DNA of 64,000 nt. It comes from Candidatus Paceibacter sp. GTDB taxonomy: Bacteria > Patescibacteriota > Patescibacteriia > S139-126. Shown here one piece after another: positions 29,990 to 38,543 of the stretch. The number at the start of each line of letters is the position of its first letter. Position 1 is the stretch's first letter. The translations under genes and the position numbers were made by a program. The notes beneath the pieces are model-generated. The model was given only the letters and a program-made list of their open reading frames with translations, ran no database searches and was not told the origin of the DNA. The stretch lies in contig DYGA01000002.1 in NCBI GenBank assembly GCA_020724865.1, forward strand, positions 98,657 through 162,656, written 5' to 3'.

Positions 29990-31309
29990 TTATTTCACTT
30001 TGACGAAGAATTTATCTCCGTCAATTGTCCCCTTGACTATGTCTTGGGGATAAACTTTTTTGAACATTTGCCCGGATTGCCATAACTCCCATTTTTCTCC
30101 ATTCGCTTGGAGGAAAGGTTTGCCTGATTCCGTTATAATTTGGTAAAGCGTTCCGTCTTGAAAATTATACCTCAATGTATCTTGCTTTACCGTAGATATA
30201 ACATCATCATGGTTTTTTTTAATGACGTTTTTTTCCTGAAACGAATATTTTTGAATGAATCTAACAGGCACGTATACAGGGCCGTCAACAAAATAACCAT
30301 AATGGTTTTGGGTCATCACTTTGACAAACCCTTCATTGCCGACAAACGTGACATCTTCACTGACTACTGAAACTTTATCTCCTGGTTTAAAGGCCAAAAT
30401 AACTTGGCCAGAATCAGTATTGGTACTACCAAAGGTTATACCTTTGTCAGTGATTTCAGTTACAACAGGTGTTGTTGATGTAACTTCAAATAAATTTAAC
30501 CTTTTACCTGCGTTTGCCTCTGATATATCATCGGCAAACTTTTCAGAATTATTCTTAATCAGATTACCTAAATTCAGGTAGATTCTTTCATTAGTTATTC
30601 TTATAACAGAAATAACTAAAAGAATTACCATAGTAAACTTTATAACCCAACCTGCTGTATTTGTGATTTTTATCCAGTAATATGACGAAAAACCAAAAGC
30701 CAATATTACCAGTATATATATGCCTAGGATATATAAGTATATTTCATAGAACATATTTCCATGAAAGGCCAACCACCATAGGAACATTATTCCTGAAAGT
30801 CCATAAACCAATGAAATTGGTCTAATAGACCTTCTGATTTTGTATTTGCTAGCAAGGCCAGCAATTATCGGATCATATGTTGTTGTAACAAAGAATAATA
30901 TTATCATAGAAATGATAACACTGGTTACAAATAACCAATCACCGACTAAATATCCAACTAAGGTGCAAACAACTATGACTCCTAACCAAATTGAAAAAGC
31001 AACTGCTAGATTTCTAACCACACGTTCGACATTATTAAGCACGTCTACTAATATTGCATGTAATCTATTTATAGTCATACCCTCAAGTCTGACAATTTCA
31101 GTAATAGGTAAGCCAACAATTGCTAATAGTCTGATAGTTCTCTGAGTTAAATTATGAACTGTCGTTTGGATGCCATCAGATAGTTCAAGAACTCCGTCTG
31201 CTAGTTGCTGAGTCAGTGCATTAGCAGTGACTGAAGTTTGCCTAATAAGCCAGTAATATCCCCAAAACACTCCAATTAGTGTAATTAAAATTAAAATTAA
31301 TAAAAACAT
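29990..31309 (-). CDS. Orphan polytopic membrane protein with C-terminal SH3b-like segment
   Basis: AGGAGG SD; about 6 hydrophobic helices; KPGDKVSVV...GFVKV...YVPVRFI resembles bacterial SH3. Confidence 0.75.
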   Translation of the reverse strand: MFLLILILITLIGVFWGYYWLIRQTSVTANALTQQLADGVLELSDGIQTTVHNLTQRTIRLLAIVGLPITEIVRLEGMTINRLHAILVDVLNNVERVVRNLAVAFSIWLGVIVVCTLVGYLVGDWLFVTSVIISMIILFFVTTTYDPIIAGLASKYKIRRSIRPISLVYGLSGIMFLWWLAFHGNMFYEIYLYILGIYILVILAFGFSSYYWIKITNTAGWVIKFTMVILLVISVIRITNERIYLNLGNLIKNNSEKFADDISEANAGKRLNLFEVTSTTPVVTEITDKGITFGSTNTDSGQVILAFKPGDKVSVVSEDVTFVGNEGFVKVMTQNHYGYFVDGPVYVPVRFIQKYSFQEKNVIKKNHDDVISTVKQDTLRYNFQDGTLYQIITESGKPFLQANGEKWELWQSGQMFKKVYPQDIVKGTIDGDKFFVKVK

Positions 31310-31324
31310 TTTTTCCTCCTGAAT

Positions 31325-32026
31325 TTAAAAGTTTAAATTTCTGTTTTTTATTTGATTTCTGAAGTCGTTGACTTCATTTGTAACCTCAGACGATCTGTTG
31401 TTATAATCCGAATTAATTTCATCTAAGTATTTATCAATTTGATCAATTGTTTTTAGAAGATGTTTTTTAATTGGGTCTAAAAATTTTTTTCCCCAAATTT
31501 GAAATATTTGACCCCACTTATCGTGGATAAGGAGGTCAGTCCAGGTCCAAAACTCTTTCTCACCTATATCAGCAATTTTTCCGTAGATATGTTTACGCAA
31601 ATCATCATCACTTACTAAATCTGAGTCGTTTTCTGTATATACTGGTACGCCTTTATTTAAAATAGGGGTACCATCACTTTTCTTTAAGAGGATTTTGATT
31701 TTTTTTAACAGCAATGGTTTACACCATGCTGTTACCACTTCATTTTCTGAAGGTAAGTTGGGGTATTTTTCTTTATTTTTTGCTTCCTCAAACCTTTTTT
31801 CCCAAAATGTTCTTTGGGTATCATTTAATCCCAAAAGAACTTTTTGTAGTTCCGCCCGAGGTGGCACTTGAAACATTTTGTCAAGGGCAATTTCAGTGAT
31901 TTTTTTTGCGGGTACGTTAATTAATTCACTAATTAATTTACCGCTAACGGTACCAGCTGCAGTACCTACCAGCTCTCCTCCAAAAACATTTTTCAGTTTA
32001 TTGAAGAAATTTCCAAAGATTGACAT
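31325..32026 (-). CDS. Orphan protein with amphipathic, Gly-rich N-terminus
   Basis: AAGGAG SD; 233 aa; 15 nt upstream of the 439-aa ORF. Confidence 0.75.
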   Translation of the reverse strand: MSIFGNFFNKLKNVFGGELVGTAAGTVSGKLISELINVPAKKITEIALDKMFQVPPRAELQKVLLGLNDTQRTFWEKRFEEAKNKEKYPNLPSENEVVTAWCKPLLLKKIKILLKKSDGTPILNKGVPVYTENDSDLVSDDDLRKHIYGKIADIGEKEFWTWTDLLIHDKWGQIFQIWGKKFLDPIKKHLLKTIDQIDKYLDEINSDYNNRSSEVTNEVNDFRNQIKNRNLNF

Positions 32027-32133
32027 GATTTACTCCTTTATTTTATTTATTTGTTGTTAGTTAGTTGGTTTAAATAAAGAAATAAATATCCTAATCTAAA
32101 CCAACTAACTAACCTAATTGTTGGGAGTAAATC
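32027..32133 (-). promoter_or_regulatory. Structured 5' leader that sequesters the SD
   Basis: Perfect 10-bp IR 32027-32036/32124-32133 covering GGAG up to the ATG, enclosing a perfect 17-bp IR 32056-32072/32097-32113. Confidence 0.7.
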
Positions 32134-32185
32134 TGTTGATTGTTTTATTGTTAAAGTTCACTATAAATTAAATCTATAACAGTCC

Positions 32186-32214
32186 ACTATAGCATATTTT
32201 TAAGAAAAAGTCAA
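32186..32214 (-). promoter_or_regulatory. Sigma70 promoter of the orphan operon
   Basis: TTGACT-N17-TATAGT with extended TG. Confidence 0.65.
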
Positions 32215-32246
32215 TCCCACAGGCATGGTATAGTTCTTTATAAATA

Positions 32247-32272
32247 AAAAACCCGCCTGTTTTGGCGGGTTT
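32247..32272 (-). terminator. Intrinsic terminator
   Basis: AAACCCGCC-TGTTTT-GGCGGGTTT. Confidence 0.8.
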
Positions 32273-32291
32273 AAGAATTAAAGAATTAAAA

Positions 32292-32672
32292 TTACGACAA
32301 GACATCAAATACGTAGCGCAGGATACTATAACTGGAAAAGACAATAAACAAACCAATAACTGCCCAAACTAAAATATCTCTGCCTTTTTTCACTCGTTCA
32401 GGATTACCTCCAGACGTCATCCAAATTACCCCGCCAGCGACAAAAGCAGCTAAAGCAATTACCCCGGTAAGTCCTAGAATACCTTTAATTATATTTCCAA
32501 TAATAACTGCAGGATCATCACTGGTAAGGGGATTAGTTAAAGTTACATTATTATTATTATTGACTGGTGGATTACCAGGTGGATTAACTGGGGGATTTTG
32601 CGCATTAACAGTATTGACAATCAATAATGTAAAAAAGGAAAATAAAATTAATAATAGAAATGATTTTTTCAT
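32292..32672 (-). CDS. TrbC/VirB2-like pilin-family membrane protein
   Basis: Signal peptide, PPVN repeats, LTNPL, two TMs, WMTSGGNPERVKKGRDILVWAVIGL. Confidence 0.75.
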   Translation of the reverse strand: MKKSFLLLILFSFFTLLIVNTVNAQNPPVNPPGNPPVNNNNNVTLTNPLTSDDPAVIIGNIIKGILGLTGVIALAAFVAGGVIWMTSGGNPERVKKGRDILVWAVIGLFIVFSSYSILRYVFDVLS

Positions 32673-32712
32673 AAATGTATTTTATTATTATACAATTATT
32701 ATACCTTTTTTC

Positions 32713-32741
32713 TTGACAAAAAGCAAAAAATGCGGTATAAT
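32713..32741 (+). promoter_or_regulatory. Consensus sigma70 promoter
   Basis: TTGACA-N17-TATAAT. Confidence 0.8.
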
Positions 32742-32893
32742 GAAAATATAGAAATAGAAATTACTAATTATTAATTACTAATTACTAAACAAATTCAAAA
32801 TCTAAAATTTCAAATAACAAAAAAATAAGATTAAAAAATATAAAAAAAATTCTCGATTAAATCGAGATAAAAATAAAAATTAAAAACAAAAAT

Positions 32894-32956
32894 ATGAAAA
32901 TCAAAGTAATTTCCCATGACAAAGTGCAGGCCATAAAAGTTAGGGTAGTACGCTAA
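32894..32956 (+). CDS. Putative 20-aa peptide MKIKVISHDKVQAIKVRVVR
   Basis: ATG after an A-rich leader downstream of the consensus promoter; stop lies inside a terminator hairpin. Confidence 0.45.
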   Translation: MKIKVISHDKVQAIKVRVVR

Positions 32957-32973
32957 AAGTGTACTGCTTTTTT
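32945..32973 (+). terminator. Terminator/attenuator overlapping the peptide stop
   Basis: GTAGTACGCT-AAA-AGTGTACTGC then TTTTTT. Confidence 0.7.
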
Positions 32974-32993
32974 GTTTATTAACTAATAATTTT

Positions 32994-33131
32994 ATGTCTG
33001 CACCCAAAAAAAATATTTTTACTTGGAAACGAAATAAGAAAAATATTCAGCCCATAAATTTACGCGGACTTAATTTGAACTACAGTAACAGGCGTACAGA
33101 AAATAGAGTTAGATTGTGGGGGAGTAGTTGA
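32994..33131 (+). CDS. Putative 45-aa basic microprotein (MSAPKKNIFTWKRNKKNIQPINLRGLNLNYSNRRTENRVRLWGSS)
   Basis: Open frame with ATG after AT-rich spacer; upstream of terminator 33257-33280. Confidence 0.4.
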   Translation: MSAPKKNIFTWKRNKKNIQPINLRGLNLNYSNRRTENRVRLWGSS

Positions 33132-33256
33132 AAGTTGATGAATAGGATAGAGGATTTAGGATATAGGTGGTAGTTAATTATAAATTTTTAAACATTAAAA
33201 AAAATTAAAAATTATTTATAAAATTACAAAATTAAAAATTGTTTATATTTTATTTT

Positions 33257-33280
33257 AAAACCCGCCGTGTGGCGGGTTTT
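33257..33280. terminator. Bidirectional intrinsic terminator (rplT side and microprotein side)
   Basis: AAAACCCGCC-GTGT-GGCGGGTTTT. Confidence 0.85.
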
Positions 33281-33302
33281 ATACTCTCTGTTTTTAAAAA
33301 AA

Positions 33303-33653
33303 TTATTCAACCATTACTTGTTTAAAGATTTGATCAAAAATTTGCGGATGATTCATGGCCAGTTCTGACAAAACTTTGCGGTCAAGTTCAATATTCTTTT
33401 TCTTCATTATGCCAATAAATTTAGAATAACTAGTTCCACGCTCTCTTACAGCTGCATTTAGTCTAATCAACCACAAACCGCGGTTAACTCTTTTTTTGGC
33501 CCGTCTATCTCTTAGGGCATGGGCACCAGCTTTAACTACTGCGGTTTTAGCCAAACGAATCGTGGATTTACGGCTCCATTTATAACCTTTAACAGCTTTT
33601 CTAAGCTTTCTTCTTTTTTTGGTATGAGTTGTGCCTCTTTTTACTCTGGACAT
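33303..33653 (-). CDS. rplT: 50S ribosomal protein L20
   Basis: MSRVKRG, RDRRAKKR..R.LW..R.NAA, LDRKVLSELA. Confidence 0.97.
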   Translation of the reverse strand: MSRVKRGTTHTKKRRKLRKAVKGYKWSRKSTIRLAKTAVVKAGAHALRDRRAKKRVNRGLWLIRLNAAVRERGTSYSKFIGIMKKKNIELDRKVLSELAMNHPQIFDQIFKQVMVE

Positions 33654-33696
33654 ATTTTTAAAATTAGAATATAGGATTTAGGATAAGGGGGATAGA

Positions 33697-33894
33697 TTAG
33701 TGATAAGGCAAGAGAGTGCGGATATTTTTTTCATTTACCTTAGCTACTTTTTTATCGCGTCTTTTATTGCGAGTTACCTTACTTGGTTCACGGGAATTAA
33801 AATGGTCCTGACCAGCAGTTCTTTGCATTAGTTTTTTATTTTTTGTGACACGAATTCTTTTACTAGTTGTTTTGTGTGTTTTGAGTTTTGCCAT
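33697..33894 (-). CDS. rpmI: 50S ribosomal protein L35
   Basis: Start re-called to ATG 33894: MAKLKTHKTTSKRIRVT...LLPY. Confidence 0.92.
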   Translation of the reverse strand: MAKLKTHKTTSKRIRVTKNKKLMQRTAGQDHFNSREPSKVTRNKRRDKKVAKVNEKNIRTLLPYH

Positions 33895-33984
33895 TTGATT
33901 CTTTTTTATGAATAAATCCCACCCAAAATAGTGGGACAAGTTTTATATTAACCAATTAAATAAATGGTGTCAAGCAATTTATCC

Positions 33985-34491
33985 CTATTTTTTTAGAGAA
34001 TAAAGGGCGGTAAATTTATTGCCTTCACGCAATGGTTCTTGGTCAACCCTTATATTTGCACCCAGCTTTTCTTGAAATTTTAGCATGATTTCTTTTACTT
34101 TTTCCGGATGAGCTTTTTGTCTGCCTTTGAGAATAATTTCAGTTTTAACCCTATCACCTTGGGTTAAGAATTTTATGGCTTGATTGGCTCTAACTTCTAG
34201 ATCGTGATTACCCATATTGTAGGTCAATCTTACCCCCTTGATTTCTGATTTACGGCTTTTAACTTTGGCTTTTTGTTGGAGTTTATTTTGATTATAAATC
34301 CATTGGCCATAATCTAATATACGACAAACTGGCGGTTCAGCTTTGGGAGATACTTCAACCAGATCAAGTCCCGCTTCTCTGGCTTGGCGCAATGCTTCCT
34401 GTGTGGATACTACGCCAAGTTGTTCACCGTTAGTACCGATTAAACGAACTTCAGGTAAATCTATTTGTTGGTTTATTCTAAATTTTTGAAT
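33985..34491 (-). CDS. infC: Translation initiation factor IF-3 (non-AUG start, probably ATT)
   Basis: Frame extends upstream of 34392 through FRINQQI..EVRLIG..GEQLG; no ATG/GTG/TTG before stop at 34510-34512; ATT at 34491. Confidence 0.9.
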   Translation of the reverse strand: MQKFRINQQIDLPEVRLIGTNGEQLGVVSTQEALRQAREAGLDLVEVSPKAEPPVCRILDYGQWIYNQNKLQQKAKVKSRKSEIKGVRLTYNMGNHDLEVRANQAIKFLTQGDRVKTEIILKGRQKAHPEKVKEIMLKFQEKLGANIRVDQEPLREGNKFTALYSLKK

Positions 34492-34578
34492 AGGTTTAAG
34501 GATTAATAATTATAAGTATATTATATTAAATTTAAATGTTTGTGACCAGGGTATTAAGTATATAAACAATTTTTAATT

Positions 34579-34598
34579 CCTGCCTGTCGGTAGGTAGG
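34579..34598. repeat. Imperfect 20-bp palindrome CCTGCCTGTCGGTAGGTAGG
   Basis: Isolated GC-rich palindrome in AT-rich spacer. Confidence 0.45.
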
Positions 34599-34639
34599 TT
34601 GTAGTTTTTAATTTTTAAATAAATCTAAATTTAAATAGA

Positions 34640-34697
34640 TGTCATGCTGAACTTGTTTCAGCATCTCATGAGACCCTGAAACAAGTTCAGGGTGACA
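34640..34697. repeat. REP-like palindromic doublet
   Basis: TGTCATGCTGAACTTGTTTCAGCATCT-CATG-AGACCCTGAAACAAGTTCAGGGTGACA: two inverted units, each itself a hairpin. Confidence 0.7.
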
Positions 34698-34738
34698 GAA
34701 AAAAATTAACATTTATTATTTTTTGCTAGTGCGAAGAA

Positions 34739-35115
34739 TGGTGGAGATGGTGGGCTTTGCACCCACGTGGTAAGAAAGCTTTAACGTGTGATTTACAAGC
34801 TTAGCCTGATTGGTAAACCAAAAAGATTAAATCAGGCCAAAACTTTTTGGTGGCGCTGAACAATATTGCAAACGACGATTGTCAGCAAATCGGCGTTCAA
34901 GCTCCAGTTATGACACCGCTTATGAAATTTTGGAGCAAAATTTCAGCGATGGCTGTGACCTGAATTAGGCAACAGCAAGTGCAAAGTTAGGCTGCGCAAA
35001 TGCGTTCCTAATTTTGCTCATAAGTGTATTGGCACTTATTGTAATGGTAGTTTAACGAGTTGCCGCTCGGCTTGAACACACGTTGCTACTTTCTTAGCGA
35101 ATAAATAACATCCCC
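34739..35115 (-). ncRNA. ssrA: tmRNA; tag ANTLMSKIRNAFAQPNFALAVA (35033-34965)
   Basis: GGGGATG/CATCTCC-ACCA acceptor stem with G3-U; T-arm GTGGG/CCCAC; P2 pairing; ATAAGT|GCC resume site; adjacent to smpB. Confidence 0.93.
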
Positions 35116-35223
35116 AAATAAAATTACTAATTACTAATTTCTAATATTTAATTAATTTATAATTAACTAATTAATAAATTAAATCATTGATTAGTAATTA
35201 ATCATTTGTTATTAGTAATTAAT
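35116..35223. repeat. AT-rich heptamer (AATTACT/AGTAATT) inverted array
   Basis: AATTACTAATTACTAATTTCT ... ATTAGTAATT; similar units at 32759-32790. Confidence 0.5.
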
Positions 35224-35670
35224 TTAGTATTCTTTCAAAGTGCGTCTGATATCACGTTCGGTATCTCTTTTTTTGATAGCAGCTTTTTTGTCAAACTGTT
35301 TTTTCCCTTTGACAATTGCCAATTCAATTTTAACTAGACCTCTGGTAGTATATAGTCGTAAAGGCACAACTGTCAATCCTTTATTACTTAGTTGGCCCCT
35401 GATTAAATTTATTTCTTTTTTGGTTAAAAGCAATTTTCTTTGTCTTTTTGGTTCATAGTTTTTTTGGACACTGGCAGCCGGTTGATAGGGGGCAATATGC
35501 AAGCCTACCAGCCAAGCTTGGTTGTCTTTAATGGTAATGTAACTTCCCTTAAAATCAATTCTTTTCATTTTCACAGATTTTACTTCCGGACCAGTTAAAA
35601 CCAAGCCCGCCTCTATTTTTTGTAAAGGTAGATAGTTAAATAAAGCCTGTTTGTTGGTTAATATTTCCAT
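35224..35670 (-). CDS. smpB: SsrA-binding protein SmpB
   Basis: Start re-called to ATG 35670; EAGLVLTGPEVKS, RKLLL.KKEI, GKKQFDKK. Confidence 0.95.
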   Translation of the reverse strand: MEILTNKQALFNYLPLQKIEAGLVLTGPEVKSVKMKRIDFKGSYITIKDNQAWLVGLHIAPYQPAASVQKNYEPKRQRKLLLTKKEINLIRGQLSNKGLTVVPLRLYTTRGLVKIELAIVKGKKQFDKKAAIKKRDTERDIRRTLKEY

Positions 35671-35753
35671 AACTTTATTGTATAACAAATTTTGTAGCAA
35701 ACAAACTCTATTAACTTGCTGATTTTATTTAAAATCATTACTATAAAATTAAG

Positions 35754-37472
35754 ATGATGGATTTATACTTACAATTGAAAAAAGAAATTAGTCGTTTGGC
35801 GGGCCAGGACCTGTTTGTTTTAGAAGTTCCGCCAACGACAGAATTTGGCGATTTAAGCACAAACGTTGCTTTGATAATTGCTAAACAAAAAAACAAAGAT
35901 CCAAAATTAGTTGCTTTAGATTTAATTGCCAAATTATCACAAGTTAGTTGGTTGAAAAAAAATAATATTGAAATTAAATTAGCTGGCCAAGGGTTTATAA
36001 ATTTCTTTTTGTCTGACCAGTATTTGAATAAAATTTTCAATCAAGCCGTCCATACTAAAAATTTTGGTAAGATAAATATTGGTAAAAATAAAAAAATTGT
36101 TATTGAGTATTCGTCGCCCAACACCAACAAACCTTTGCATCTGGGTCATTTGCGCAATGATGCTTTGGGAATGAGTCTCGCAAAAATATATGAATTTTTT
36201 GGTTTTCAAGTAATAAAAACTGAAGTTATTAATGATCGTGGCATTCATATTATGAAAAGTTTATTGGCTTATTTAAAATGGGGGAAAAATACAACGCCAA
36301 AAAAGCTTGGTATTAAAGGGGATAAATTTGTTGGTGATTTATATGTTAAATACAATCAGGCAGAAAAGGATCATCCTGAACTAATTTCTGAAGCTAGAAA
36401 TTTATTACAGGCTTGGGAAAATAAGGATAAAAAGATAATTGCCTTATGGAAAAAAATGAATTCTTGGGTTTATGCTGGTTGGAAAATAACTTATAAATTA
36501 TATGGTTCAAAATTTGATAAAGTTTATTATGAAAGTAAGCTTTATAATAAAGGCAGGGAAATAATTGTCCAAGCTGAAAAACGCGGGTTAGTTAAACGCA
36601 ATTCCCAAGGCGCCGTAGTAGTTGATTTAAGTCCCTATGGATTAGGCGGACGAGATAGCGGTGAAAAAATTTTATTACGGGCTGATGGCACGACTGTTTA
36701 TATTACTCAAGATTTGTATTTGGCCGTCAAAAGATTTTCAGATTATAATTTTACTAAAATGATATATGTAGTGGGCGATGAACAGATATATCATTTTAAG
36801 GTGTTATTTAAAATTCTGTCTATTTTTGGTTATAGCTGGCAAACAAAATGTCAGCATTTTCCCTATGGACATGTTTTATTGCCGGAGGGAAAGATGAAAT
36901 CGCGCGAAGGAACTGTAGTTGATGCCGATGATTTAATTTCTGAACTTACCACTCAGGCAGAGATAGAAGTAAAAAAACGACAACCGAAATTGACAGTAAT
37001 AGAAAGAAAAAAAATTGCTCAAACTATAGCTATAGCTGCTATTAAATATTGGTTTTTAAAAACTAATCCTAAATCTACCATAACTTTTGATCCCCAAGCT
37101 TCCTTGAGTTTGGAGGGCAATACCGGTCCTTATCTTTTATATACTTATGTTAGATTAAAACGCATTTTGGCCAAAGGAAAAATTACTAAATTAGATAAGT
37201 TTATTTTTTCTGAACAAGAAAAAAAGTTGGTTAGAAAAATTTGTCAGTGGCCATTGGCAGTTTGGCAATATTATGAGAAACAGCAAGTTAATTATTTGGC
37301 TGAATATTTATTTCAATTGGCCAGTTTGATAAATAATTATTATCAAAATGTTCCTGTTTTAAAAGCTGAAGATACAATAAGAAAACAAAGATTAATGATA
37401 ATTAAAGCAGCTGCCAATATTATTAGTAGCGGACTTAATTTGCTTAATATAAAAACCGTTGCTAAAATGTAA
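35754..37472 (+). CDS. argS: Arginyl-tRNA synthetase
   Basis: EYSSPNTNKPLHLGHLRN, KMKSREG, GNTGPYLLY. Confidence 0.96.
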   Translation: MMDLYLQLKKEISRLAGQDLFVLEVPPTTEFGDLSTNVALIIAKQKNKDPKLVALDLIAKLSQVSWLKKNNIEIKLAGQGFINFFLSDQYLNKIFNQAVHTKNFGKINIGKNKKIVIEYSSPNTNKPLHLGHLRNDALGMSLAKIYEFFGFQVIKTEVINDRGIHIMKSLLAYLKWGKNTTPKKLGIKGDKFVGDLYVKYNQAEKDHPELISEARNLLQAWENKDKKIIALWKKMNSWVYAGWKITYKLYGSKFDKVYYESKLYNKGREIIVQAEKRGLVKRNSQGAVVVDLSPYGLGGRDSGEKILLRADGTTVYITQDLYLAVKRFSDYNFTKMIYVVGDEQIYHFKVLFKILSIFGYSWQTKCQHFPYGHVLLPEGKMKSREGTVVDADDLISELTTQAEIEVKKRQPKLTVIERKKIAQTIAIAAIKYWFLKTNPKSTITFDPQASLSLEGNTGPYLLYTYVRLKRILAKGKITKLDKFIFSEQEKKLVRKICQWPLAVWQYYEKQQVNYLAEYLFQLASLINNYYQNVPVLKAEDTIRKQRLMIIKAAANIISSGLNLLNIKTVAKM

Positions 37473-37474
37473 TT

Positions 37475-37789
37475 ATGAATGAGTCAAAATGGTTAAATTT
37501 TGTCCAGATGATAAAAGATAAATTTGCCGTCCAAGCTGAAGGGCAAGAAACCACAGATATTCCTGGCGCAGTCGTTAAATTTATTGAATGGAAAAATGGG
37601 GATAAAGAAATGAGGGCTGAGTTTCATATTAAACCAAAAGTTTTGGATAAAAAAACTTTTTATAGTAGACGTATAGGCAGCGGGGTAAAGGAAGAATATA
37701 TTTATGCCGCTGATGAAAAAGTAGAATTTGCTAAATTTTTTGAAAAATCTACACTCAATGATGAATGGCAAGAAATAAATATTGTGTAA
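37475..37789 (+). CDS. Hypothetical protein
   Basis: 104 aa, 2 nt after argS stop; KPKVLDKKT.YSRR.G. Confidence 0.7.
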   Translation: MNESKWLNFVQMIKDKFAVQAEGQETTDIPGAVVKFIEWKNGDKEMRAEFHIKPKVLDKKTFYSRRIGSGVKEEYIYAADEKVEFAKFFEKSTLNDEWQEINIV

Positions 37790-37891
37790 AAAAATATTTG
37801 CTTTTTTCGGTAAATTTGTGTATATTTAAATAAGTCAAAATAAAAATAATAAATTATAATAATTAATTTTAAAGGAAAGGACTTAGAAATT

Positions 37892-38380
37892 ATGGAATCA
37901 AACATAACTAAAGCAGGAGAGGATGCTACTTTCCAAAAGCCAGCTAGTTCTGGCGGCAGTTTTGTTAAATGGGTTGTTGTGGTTATAGTAATTGCGTTAA
38001 TTATTGTTTTAGGTTTGTACTTTATTTCTAAATACAGCCGTTTCAATATTTTAGGGTTGTCTGGTGGTAACAATAATTGGCAAGCGGTATTTTTAACCAA
38101 TGGCCAAGTTTATTTTGGTAAGGTAGTGAAAGAGAGTAGTAAATCAGTCATTTTGCGGGATATTTATTATTTACAAGTAACCCAACCATTACAAACTTCT
38201 GGTGATCAACAACAAGCTCCAGTCCAAAATGAATTATCTTTAGTAAAATTAGGCAATGAACTGCATGGGCCTAAAGATGAAATGAGAATAAATGGAGCTC
38301 ATGTATTGTTTATTGAAGATTTGAAAGCTGACAGTCGAGTAGTTGAAGCCATAACCAATTATAAGAATTCACAACAGTAG
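37892..38380 (+). CDS. Single-TM hypothetical protein
   Basis: TM then WQAVFLTNGQVYFGK, DIYYLQ, LVKLGNELHGP; own promoter and terminator. Confidence 0.8.
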   Translation: MESNITKAGEDATFQKPASSGGSFVKWVVVVIVIALIIVLGLYFISKYSRFNILGLSGGNNNWQAVFLTNGQVYFGKVVKESSKSVILRDIYYLQVTQPLQTSGDQQQAPVQNELSLVKLGNELHGPKDEMRINGAHVLFIEDLKADSRVVEAITNYKNSQQ

Positions 38381-38416
38381 AGTATTACTATTTTAGGAAA
38401 TAAATATTTTTTAGAT

Positions 38417-38448
38417 AAAACCCGCTAGAGAGCGGGTTTTATTTTTTT
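38417..38448 (+). terminator. Intrinsic terminator
   Basis: AAAACCCGCT-AGAG-AGCGGGTTTT. Confidence 0.8.
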
Positions 38449-38543
38449 TAAAAAAAATTAATTAGATTTATTAAATTGACTTTAGATTATTTTTTCATTA
38501 TAATTTAACCATTCTATATTATTATTTTATATAAAATTTAAAT

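Noticed and set aside
25208-32026. tRNA-Asp-anchored integrated island
   Set aside because: No integrase and no duplicated tRNA 3' end were found; the accessory genes lie on the 5' side of the tRNA
32174-32356. 60-aa ORF
   Set aside because: It runs across the pilin-like gene end, its terminator and the downstream promoter
33916-33937. L20-leader-like hairpin upstream of rpmI (TCCCAC/GTGGGA)
   Set aside because: Only one short stem; cannot be assigned as an autoregulatory element without covariance analysis
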